IMG/VR virus record: IMGVR_UViG_3300005573_001292 | Coordinates: 1 to 34,755 of that record | Strand: one strand, 5' to 3' | DNA: 34,755 bases | Source of the DNA: a virus | Taxonomy: Duplodnaviria > Caudoviricetes | Part shown: positions 1 through 7,452 of the stretch, in pieces | Layout: each line of letters begins with the position of its first letter | How positions within the stretch are numbered: the stretch's first letter is position 1 | Notes under the pieces: generated by a model | Database searches by the model: none | The model's input: only the letters and a program-made list of their open reading frames with translations | Told to the model about the DNA's origin: nothing | Position numbers and translations under genes: made by a program

Positions 1-75
1 CAAGTCGCGGATGTTCACCCAAGACGGATAGTTCAGCTCCTCAACGATCATCAGAGCGTCCTTCTTCTTGTCCAT
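1..75 (-). CDS. hypothetical protein, 5' end only (runs off window): MDKKKDALMIVEELNYPSWVNIRDL...
   Basis: ATG at 75, GGAGGT RBS at 81-86 (minus), open frame to the window edge, promoter directly upstream. Confidence 0.7.
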   Translation of the reverse strand, partial: MDKKKDALMIVEELNYPSWVNIRDL

Positions 76-92
76 CGCCTACCTCCACTACC

Positions 93-121
93 TTTATATA
101 ACGGCATGGCGAGTAGCGCAA
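93..121 (-). promoter_or_regulatory. sigma70-like promoter TTGCGC-N17-TATAAA
   Basis: minus strand TTGCGC (121-116), 17-nt spacer, TATAAA (98-93), just upstream of the RBS and ATG of the edge gene. Confidence 0.6.
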
Positions 122-133
122 CAAAATTTTCGC

Positions 134-413
134 AACTTTATTTGCCCTGTTTTCAACAACTTAGCCAGCATGCGAGGGACGCGCAGTGACGGCGCTATTG
201 ACAGCTAATGGGCATGCCGATAATCCCTGCATTTTCAATAAGTTGCATACAACGGGGCGACCATGAACCCAGACAATTTGGCGTCTAAGGCGGAGTACGG
301 CAAAACTTTATTCGCCCTGCTTTCAACAACTTAGCCGAGCCTGTGGGGGAGCGGCGACAGTGCGATAGGCGACGCATAGGCACGTACATAAGTGTCAGTG
401 TTTCAACAGGTTG
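134..413. repeat. periodic intergenic direct repeats with TTTCAAYARSTT core
   Basis: 33-nt copies at 134-166 and 304-336 (AACTTTATTYGCCCTGYTTTCAACAACTTAGCC, 2 mismatches) plus degenerate cores at 233 and 401; TTTCAA starts at 151, 233, 321, 401. Confidence 0.75.
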
Positions 414-542
414 TATAGGGCAGGACGGGCAGGACAACGGCGGTACCAAAGCCAACGCCATGCCCGCGGTGCGGCAAAGTCTTGCCCTCAGCAACCGCGG
501 CTAAGCAACATTGCAAGTCCAGTTAGTCTTTACACCCATTAA

Positions 543-731
543 CTAATCCTTAGAGTCAAGAGCACGATCAAGTGCTCTGACAATTTCACTATCACTGCTA
601 TAACGCAGCATTCGTTCAGTGCCTCTTGTGCCCCAATAGTTGACAAACGCCCTTAGGTTGTCGGCAGTAGCCTCGGTACCTAATACCTCTGCTAATGCAT
701 CATAAAGCTCCTCTCGACTTTTCCTACGCAT
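543..731 (-). CDS. small hypothetical protein (62 aa)
   Basis: ATG at 731 with GGAGGT RBS; co-oriented with the operon. Confidence 0.65.
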   Translation of the reverse strand: MRRKSREELYDALAEVLGTEATADNLRAFVNYWGTRGTERMLRYSSDSEIVRALDRALDSKD

Positions 732-762
732 AAACACCTCCGACTAGTATCTATACTGCTGC

Positions 763-1230
763 TTACAGTACATGCGCAGCCAGCGACTCCAAATACTGGC
801 GCGCCAAGCACGCCTGCCACACAGTACCGGCTGCCAGTAACCGGACAACTGGCAAACACTCTGCAGGTACGTGGCCATCCGGCACTACAGCATAGATGGC
901 TGTACGATTGCCGCGCACTACTAACACTGGAATGCGCCCTAGCGCTATAGCACGGCTGTGTAAGCGCCCCAGCCACTGCTCCATTTCTCGGCTAGGCACT
1001 AACAGATGCTCCACGCGCCACCCACGCCTGTGCTTGCATTCCACCAGTGCCGGCCATCGTGCCAATAACTGCGGCCCTAACACCAAGTCGCCAGTGTCGC
1101 CATACGGATGGCCGCCGCTAAGGGGCGTACGGTAGCACTCGGACTTAGGCACGCCAAAGGCCTTGCAGATCATGGCAGCTACGTGACGCTCAAACGCACT
1201 GCCTTTTACGCGCGATCCGCCCGGCTTCAC
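763..1230 (-). CDS. Holliday junction resolvase (Hjc-type PD-(D/E)xK nuclease)
   Basis: KGSAFER...RTPLSGG...GDL...VECK motifs; 4-bp overlap with the upstream nuclease gene. Confidence 0.8.
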   Translation of the reverse strand: MKPGGSRVKGSAFERHVAAMICKAFGVPKSECYRTPLSGGHPYGDTGDLVLGPQLLARWPALVECKHRRGWRVEHLLVPSREMEQWLGRLHSRAIALGRIPVLVVRGNRTAIYAVVPDGHVPAECLPVVRLLAAGTVWQACLARQYLESLAAHVL

Positions 1231-3926
1231 TGCAGTACCTCCAAGCAGGCAACGCCATTCTGCTTGACGACTTCATAATGCCTGTCTGGCTCCAACTCGG
1301 AAAGCATAAACGGGCTGTGCGTAGTAACAAACACAGTCCCAAACCGGCTTGCTACTTGCCGCAACGCGCGTGCAAAACGGGCCGCATTGGCAGCATCTAA
1401 GCCTTCGCCCGGCTCGTCTAATATCAGCAGGTTGCTGCGCACCAACGCATCGCGCAAAGCAAATGCTGCAATTAAGGCAGCTAGTCGCAGTTCACCACGG
1501 CTTTGATCTTCCACACCAACGCCACCATGCATGTTCTGGACAGTTACATCTAACTCACCCTGGCTGACTACAAACTGCACGCGCAAAAGCCCTTCTGCAA
1601 ACAGTTCCGCGAACTCATCGGCAGCGCGGTTCAGTCGTGGGCAAATCGTAGCGCACAAATGCGCTGGCAAGCCGTCTGGAGCGACCACGGACAGACAATC
1701 TTGCAGAAACTGACTTTGCTCCAACAACCAATCGCGGTACTGTTGGTGCCATACTAGCCGACGTTCCAATTGTCGTATGCGACTTGCACACTTTTCCACA
1801 AGATTGCGGGCCGACGCCTGCGCTAGCAGTTGCTTGTCAGCATTAGCACGATCTTTGCGCAGTTGCTCCAACTGGCTGGTTAGTTGCGCTTCCTTCCGGC
1901 GCAACTCCTCTACTTGGCGCGACAGCTTGTCTATGCGCTTGCGTATTTGTTCCCTAAGCTGTGCTAAAGATCGGAGCTTGTCTTCAATCTGCTCGGCATT
2001 GGACTCTAACTCCTGTCGGTGGTGCGTTAGCTGACTAGGATCAACGCGACTACCACATACCGGACACTGCGCCCCAACACGCAAACTGGCAGCCAACTGC
2101 CGCTTTATGGCAGACAACCGCTCCTCCAGTTTCGCGCAGTTACCTATAATTTCCTCCAGTTTGCCTTGCTGCTCGCCAAGCTGGGATGTTATCTGCTCCT
2201 TAAGCTTGTGGGCGCGTGATAGTTCATGCTCGATAGCAGATTCGCGCTCACGCAGGTTGTCAACATCAAGTTCGGGGCCGGCATCAAAGTTTTGCAAATC
2301 CTGCAAACGCTGCCGCTCGGACTGCAGTAGCAGTTGGGTAGTAGCAATCTCGTGCTCCACGTCGGACAATGCTTGTTGGCAGCGGCGAATGTCCTCGCGA
2401 ATACGAGTCTGGGCTTGCAAGTACCGCTCTAAACCGAGCAGACGCCCAAACAGCTCCTTGCGCATGCGGTCTGTACCAGTAACGATGGTGGCAATTTCAT
2501 GCTGCCCTAGGAATAATGCGCTGCCTGCTACATTAGCATCCATCCGCACCAGCGACTCGATTTGGCGCTGGACATCGTGCACGGTACCCGCTACATCGTT
2601 TCCATTAACCAGCAATTGCAGCCCTGACGGCGCGCGCTGTCGAATAATTTGCACAGACTTACCGGCTACTTCCATAGTCAATTGTACGGAACTGGGGCCT
2701 TTTGTACCGCGCCTGCGCCAAGCATCATGGCGTTGTCCCTTAAGCGTAGTGCCAAACAGTGCCAAGGCCGGCAAACTAAGCAAGGACGTTTTGCCAGACC
2801 CATTCGACCTGCCGCCCCAATCCATATTGCGACCGGTAACTAACACCAATCCCTGGGCATCTAGCGGCAACTGCACCTGTTGGAAGCACAAAACATCTTG
2901 CGCTTGCACATGCGTGAACTTTACTGCGCCAGGTACGCCAACATATACCGGCCCAATCCGGCTGGCTAGATAAGCTTCCATCTGCTCCGCATCTCTGAAT
3001 CCGCGCTGGGCCAGATACTGACGCAGAATCTGCTGATGGTCATCCACAGGCAAATCCAACTGTGCATCAACCAACTGGTCAGTTACCGGAACAATGGTAA
3101 TCAGCGCCCCAGGGTAACGTTGTGCTGCCTGATGCTCGGCCTCCGCTATTGGTCCACTAGCGCGCACGCGGACACGGGTACCCTGCCATGATGCCGGCGG
3201 CACAAATCCTGGCAATTCAGGGTCGTACCACCCGGGGACGGCGCTTGCAATGCGTTCAATATGTAGGCCGCTTTCCGCTACAACTAGGACAAAACTTTTG
3301 TGCTGGTTGCACTCGCCCCAATCAATACAGTAAGGGCTGCCCACATAACACACATTACCCACTTGGTGTGGGTAGTGAATGTGGCCAGCAAATACGGCAG
3401 CGAACCCAGCTAACGCATCATCCGCCACGCCATGCGCTATTGGCTCCGCAGTTTGCGCCCAGCGTGCTCCCAGCACTTCCCTATGCATAAACAAGATTAC
3501 TTTCCCGCGGCACTTGCTAGCCAGCTCCTTAAGCATACCGGACTGTTGGGATAAATCTCTTGTATAGGGAGCAAAGGCCAAGTCCCACTGACCCATCCGA
3601 ACAACGGCAGGCTGGTCAAACGTTACAGCTCCGGCAGCCTGCATTACGGGGAGGATAGATTCTGCAGTATCGCGGGGTCCGGTGCGATCATGATTACCCA
3701 GCAATACGTACAGCTTAGTATGCTGGCAAACGGATGCCGTGAGCTTGACCAAGAAGTTTACCACGCGTACATCTACGGGATTAAAGGCATCCTTTACATC
3801 GCCTAGATGTACTACGGCATCTACATTGTGCTGCCGCACTAAGCTAAGCAACTGCTGCAAGGCTGCCTCACATTCCTCCAAGCGCTGGGGGCTAACATGC
3901 CAATCCGCAGTAAGTAGTAGCCTCAT
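1227..3926 (-). CDS. fused SbcD(Mre11)-SbcC(Rad50) recombination nuclease/ATPase
   Basis: N-terminal metallophosphoesterase motifs DWH, GD, GNHD, GHIH; then Walker A NGSGKT, coiled coil with CPVC zinc hook, signature SRGE, Walker B LILDEP, His-switch TTH. Confidence 0.9.
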   Translation of the reverse strand: MRLLLTADWHVSPQRLEECEAALQQLLSLVRQHNVDAVVHLGDVKDAFNPVDVRVVNFLVKLTASVCQHTKLYVLLGNHDRTGPRDTAESILPVMQAAGAVTFDQPAVVRMGQWDLAFAPYTRDLSQQSGMLKELASKCRGKVILFMHREVLGARWAQTAEPIAHGVADDALAGFAAVFAGHIHYPHQVGNVCYVGSPYCIDWGECNQHKSFVLVVAESGLHIERIASAVPGWYDPELPGFVPPASWQGTRVRVRASGPIAEAEHQAAQRYPGALITIVPVTDQLVDAQLDLPVDDHQQILRQYLAQRGFRDAEQMEAYLASRIGPVYVGVPGAVKFTHVQAQDVLCFQQVQLPLDAQGLVLVTGRNMDWGGRSNGSGKTSLLSLPALALFGTTLKGQRHDAWRRRGTKGPSSVQLTMEVAGKSVQIIRQRAPSGLQLLVNGNDVAGTVHDVQRQIESLVRMDANVAGSALFLGQHEIATIVTGTDRMRKELFGRLLGLERYLQAQTRIREDIRRCQQALSDVEHEIATTQLLLQSERQRLQDLQNFDAGPELDVDNLRERESAIEHELSRAHKLKEQITSQLGEQQGKLEEIIGNCAKLEERLSAIKRQLAASLRVGAQCPVCGSRVDPSQLTHHRQELESNAEQIEDKLRSLAQLREQIRKRIDKLSRQVEELRRKEAQLTSQLEQLRKDRANADKQLLAQASARNLVEKCASRIRQLERRLVWHQQYRDWLLEQSQFLQDCLSVVAPDGLPAHLCATICPRLNRAADEFAELFAEGLLRVQFVVSQGELDVTVQNMHGGVGVEDQSRGELRLAALIAAFALRDALVRSNLLILDEPGEGLDAANAARFARALRQVASRFGTVFVTTHSPFMLSELEPDRHYEVVKQNGVACLEVLQ

Positions 3927-4903
3927 TCACGGATACACCCTGCTGCCAGTTTGCCGATAATCCAGTTATGCAACAGCGCGTCGTCTAAGGGCGCGTTCCC
4001 GTCAGACAGTAAAGCTAGCAACTTAGCTGCGCGCAAAGCTTTCGCGCCATCACTGTTCAACACTATGCTACGCAAATAACCGCACACGGCAGCGCGCACC
4101 CAGCGTGAATGTTCCGGCGCAAGCTTTGCAAGCTGTTGCCGCAGGCTTGGCCAATCACCACGAACCAAACTGCGACAAATCGCCAATGTGTCGAGGTCTT
4201 GACCGGTCTCGCAATCGGCCACGGCCTGCTCCGGGCTAAGGCCGGATGCGTACTTTTCCAAGGCCATTAGCAGCAGTCCTGGCGATCCCATTCCCACTGC
4301 AGCGGCAGCCTTAAGCAATGGTGCTAAGGGACGGTCCAGTTTTATCTGCTGCGCACACTTGTGCAGCAGTTGTTCACTTTCCTGCTGGTTTAGTGGGCGC
4401 AATTGGTAGCTAATGCAGCGCCGCCTTAGGGCAGGCAACAACTTTGCTGGTGCCGTAGTGCAGAATATCCACAAAGCCCCACTTTGCCCTTCCAAATGCT
4501 TTAGCAGCAGGTTCTGCGCGTTAACGGTGAGCATTTGCACTTCATCCATGATGATTACGCGGCGCTGCCCCGTAGCCGTCGCATAGCTGGCTAGTTCAGC
4601 GATGCGACCGACTTCCTCGACACCATTTAGTTCGCTGGCATTAATCTCATGCACGGCAGCGTCGGCCTGCTGCCAGCAGTCATCGCATGGGTCGCCCCAT
4701 TGCTGTTGGTGCGCGCACTGCACGGCCACGGCAATAATTCGTGCTACGGTAGTCTTACCTACTCCGGTAGGGCCATGCAGCAAGATTGCCTTAGGCATGC
4801 GCGCGGCGACCTGCTTGCGGAGGGCCGCCACAAGATCGGCCTGCCCAACCAAGTCGCTAAGCCGGCGTGGCCGCATGCTTAGGGCAAGAACGTCACTGCT
4901 CAT
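3923..4903 (-). CDS. AAA+ clamp-loader subunit (DNA Pol III gamma/tau-like)
   Basis: RP..L.DLVGQ, Walker A GPTGVGKTT, zinc module C..PCDDC, DEVQML, QNLLLK.LE, RRC; start set to ATG 4903, overlapping the recA stop region. Confidence 0.85.
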   Translation of the reverse strand: MSSDVLALSMRPRRLSDLVGQADLVAALRKQVAARMPKAILLHGPTGVGKTTVARIIAVAVQCAHQQQWGDPCDDCWQQADAAVHEINASELNGVEEVGRIAELASYATATGQRRVIIMDEVQMLTVNAQNLLLKHLEGQSGALWIFCTTAPAKLLPALRRRCISYQLRPLNQQESEQLLHKCAQQIKLDRPLAPLLKAAAAVGMGSPGLLLMALEKYASGLSPEQAVADCETGQDLDTLAICRSLVRGDWPSLRQQLAKLAPEHSRWVRAAVCGYLRSIVLNSDGAKALRAAKLLALLSDGNAPLDDALLHNWIIGKLAAGCIRE

Positions 4904-5783
4904 CCTGCTCCTCCAGCTCCTCGACAGGGACAAATTCAATTGGCCCATCAAACAGCAAGCGGAATCCGATGGAGCTGCCTTCGTAGCCGCCCACTTTGTT
5001 CTTCAGGTTTTGTATTACGCCCTGAATCCCCACTACTTTACCCTTACGAACAATTTTGCCGCCCTTTGTCCTGCGCAGTCTTACCCGAACGTGGCTGTAG
5101 AACTTTAATGCGGAGCCGCCGGGCGTGTAGACAGAGTCGCCGAATGCCTGCGGCTTTTGCCGCAACTGGTTGATAAAGATCATCATTACGGAGTAAGCAT
5201 GGGCCAGTCCTACCCATCGCTGCAGTAAGGAACTAAGAAACACCGGCAATTCCAACTGCGTGCGCATGGTGTGTTCTTCCAGGCCGGCGATGGCTGCACC
5301 TTCTGGCAGCATGGAAGGTACAGAATCAACTAACACTGCGATCTTAGTAGCCTTGCGCTGGGCTAGGGTAAGAATGGCCTCCTCGACTTCGGCACACAGC
5401 TCTTGCGCCGTGCAAAGGCGCGGAGTCTTTTCCTTGCCGAACTTCCCAACATAAGGCTGGAAAACGCGCAAACGGCTTACATCTATGCCGCGGCGTTCAG
5501 CCCAAGTTGGGTCGTAGGAGTTTTCGAAATCGGCAAGGATAAGCTCCGCGCCATCACGTTGGGCCAAGGCTAGTATGCTTAGGAATACGCTGGTCTTGGC
5601 GTGACTTTCCCAGCCACTAGCCTCTATAATGCGTCCATAGGCAATGCCGCGCTGCCTGTCGCCCAACACTTGGTTAAGGTCTGGAATACCCGTATCCAAC
5701 CACTGCGCTGGCGCAGGCTGCACAGCAAGGTGGCCTAGTTTTTCGCGGATCTTCCAGACCTCATCATCAGGCCGATTAGGCAT
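4893..5783 (-). CDS. recA: RecA/UvsX-like recombinase
   Basis: DTGI..LN..LG..GI.YGRIIE, D.E..YD, VDSV, INQLR, TPGG.ALKFY; Walker A degenerate (GWESHAKT). Confidence 0.9.
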   Translation of the reverse strand: MPNRPDDEVWKIREKLGHLAVQPAPAQWLDTGIPDLNQVLGDRQRGIAYGRIIEASGWESHAKTSVFLSILALAQRDGAELILADFENSYDPTWAERRGIDVSRLRVFQPYVGKFGKEKTPRLCTAQELCAEVEEAILTLAQRKATKIAVLVDSVPSMLPEGAAIAGLEEHTMRTQLELPVFLSSLLQRWVGLAHAYSVMMIFINQLRQKPQAFGDSVYTPGGSALKFYSHVRVRLRRTKGGKIVRKGKVVGIQGVIQNLKNKVGGYEGSSIGFRLLFDGPIEFVPVEELEEQDEQ

Positions 5784-6712
5784 TAGTACTTGCCCCTGTG
5801 CTTAGGAGTTGATTTTGTAGACTTAGGTTTTGGCAGTTCGTCAGCGACGTCTTCGCTATCGTCAGCAAAGGATCTGCCTGAATCATCCGGTTCAATTTTC
5901 GCGTTATCGTCTTCGTTTTCGTCATCGCCCTCGTCCACAGTTTCTGGTTCCTCCTCGCCAAGTTCATAGTCAGGCTCTTCGCTTTCAGATTCGTAGCCAG
6001 CGTCGGCTTCAGATTCGGGTTCGTATTCGGTTGGGTATTCGTCTTCGTATTCTTCGACTTCATCCGGAGTACGCGTACGCCCATAGAAGATGGCCTTTTG
6101 CTCCTCTGGGTCGTAAGGAGGCACATAGTCCTCCAGGTACTTCATTTGGGCAAGGATTTCCTTAGGCACGCGTGTAGGCTCGTCATCGGGGATTGGAGTC
6201 CCGTACCTAGTGTTGCGCGGGCCTTGGCCGGTACGCTCGATGGTAATGTTATAGCCCTTTACGGGATCATCGTAGGAACGCTTGCTGCTGGCCAGCAAGC
6301 TAAGAATCGTAACGGCCAACGAGCGCGGCCCACCCGTCGGGATCCACCACGGCTTGGGCTTACCAAACTGGCCAGTTTCTGGGTCGTAAGGCGCGACCTG
6401 CACAAGCATTTGCTCACGCGCCGCCGCGGCCTTGGCCTGCAAGCGGCGGGCCGGATCCTTGCTTTTAGACAGCTCCTCCAGCTTCTTGCAAAGCCAGCAG
6501 TCGCCATTGCCGTCCATGTCAATGCCGCAACGCACAAAGCCTTGGTCAGGCCCTACGTTACGGTGTACACGAAATTCAATGTATGGCGCGTATTCTAACC
6601 CACGCTTGTTAGGCAAGATGCGAAACACATTCTCGCCTTCTGCAAGGCGGAACGTGTCACCTTGCTTCCACTCCTTCAAGCGCTGACGCGCCTTTTCCTT
6701 CCAAGAAACCAT
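5783..6712 (-). CDS. single-stranded DNA-binding protein (gp32-like)
   Basis: FRILP, H..C..CWLC, DP.KGYNITIERTG.G..TRY pattern, long acidic C-terminal tail, GGAGG RBS, adjacent to recA. Confidence 0.75.
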   Translation of the reverse strand: MVSWKEKARQRLKEWKQGDTFRLAEGENVFRILPNKRGLEYAPYIEFRVHRNVGPDQGFVRCGIDMDGNGDCWLCKKLEELSKSKDPARRLQAKAAAAREQMLVQVAPYDPETGQFGKPKPWWIPTGGPRSLAVTILSLLASSKRSYDDPVKGYNITIERTGQGPRNTRYGTPIPDDEPTRVPKEILAQMKYLEDYVPPYDPEEQKAIFYGRTRTPDEVEEYEDEYPTEYEPESEADAGYESESEEPDYELGEEEPETVDEGDDENEDDNAKIEPDDSGRSFADDSEDVADELPKPKSTKSTPKHRGKY

Positions 6713-6723
6713 AGTTCCTCCTT

Positions 6724-6903
6724 TCAGTCGTGCTTGATATGATCAAAACCTTTGGCTAACTCGCCACCAAGTAGCTCACGAAAGTAGCGTATCTTTTCCT
6801 CGAAAATGGCACGGGCTGTTGCCCTTACTGCTGCTGGCACAATTACGCACAGGAATACTACTGCCAGCAGCAAGCCAATCGTGATTAGCTGCAGGTAGTT
6901 CAT
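6724..6903 (-). CDS. small membrane protein (59 aa, MNYLQLITIGLLLAVVFLCVIVP...)
   Basis: below the ORF-track cutoff; ATGA overlap with the upstream stop, fills the gap to ssb, one hydrophobic helix. Confidence 0.65.
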   Translation of the reverse strand: MNYLQLITIGLLLAVVFLCVIVPAAVRATARAIFEEKIRYFRELLGGELAKGFDHIKHD

Positions 6904-7394
6904 CGCTTGCCACTCGGATACTTTTCTGCCAAAGCTTTCTTGGCCTTGTGCAAAGCCTCGCGCCCCTCTTCTACAATGCGAGCCATAGCCAGTTCTGCAC
7001 TGGAAAGCTCCGCCACCACCCGAATGCAGTCACGCCGCATGCGATAGGCCTCCAAGAGTAGCTTTGCGTACTCGTCAGCTTCACGGGCAGATTCTACTTC
7101 CGCACGCAGGCGGCGCAAATTATCATCAACAGTCAGCAGCTCGGCAATATGGTTTTCCGTAAGTCGCTCCCCATTAAGACGAGCCTGCTCCCTAAGCCTA
7201 AGACTGGTGGCCGCGCGTTCGGCCTCCAAACGGCCTTCAGCTTGCACATACTTGCGGTACTTAGCCATACGATAGTCGGCAGCCCGCAGGAAAAGCTTTG
7301 GCTGCTCGGCAGCGGCTTGGACAACGTTCTCCGGCATAAAGTCCAAGCTGCTGATCAGTTCGTCAAGCTCTGTTGCCACCTTTTGGGCCTCCAT
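6900..7394 (-). CDS. UvsY-like recombination mediator (helical protein)
   Basis: all-helical ~160 aa protein with LTEN.I..L..D pattern beside SSB and RecA; start is ATG 7394 or GTG 7379 (the latter has a GGAGG RBS). Confidence 0.55.
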   Translation of the reverse strand: MEAQKVATELDELISSLDFMPENVVQAAAEQPKLFLRAADYRMAKYRKYVQAEGRLEAERAATSLRLREQARLNGERLTENHIAELLTVDDNLRRLRAEVESAREADEYAKLLLEAYRMRRDCIRVVAELSSAELAMARIVEEGREALHKAKKALAEKYPSGKR

Positions 7395-7395
7395 A

Positions 7396-7422
7396 GTATT
7401 ATACGTACTCGCCATTGTTTCC
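7396..7422 (-). promoter_or_regulatory. putative phage promoter GGAA-N15-TATAAT (CGTATAATAC core), copy 1
   Basis: exact CGTATAATAC on the minus strand at 7405-7396, also at 16694 and 22309. Confidence 0.6.
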
Positions 7423-7452
7423 AAACCCCACTGCTGCAGATGGGACTGCCAC

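Noticed and set aside
2107-2973. Long opposite-strand ORFs such as 2107-2973 (+), 19678-20391 (-) and 26677-27312 (+)
   Set aside because: Shadows of well-supported genes on the other strand; no motifs or RBS
5800-6060. Repetitive TCG/TTC-rich tract
   Set aside because: Explained by the acidic Asp/Glu tail of the SSB
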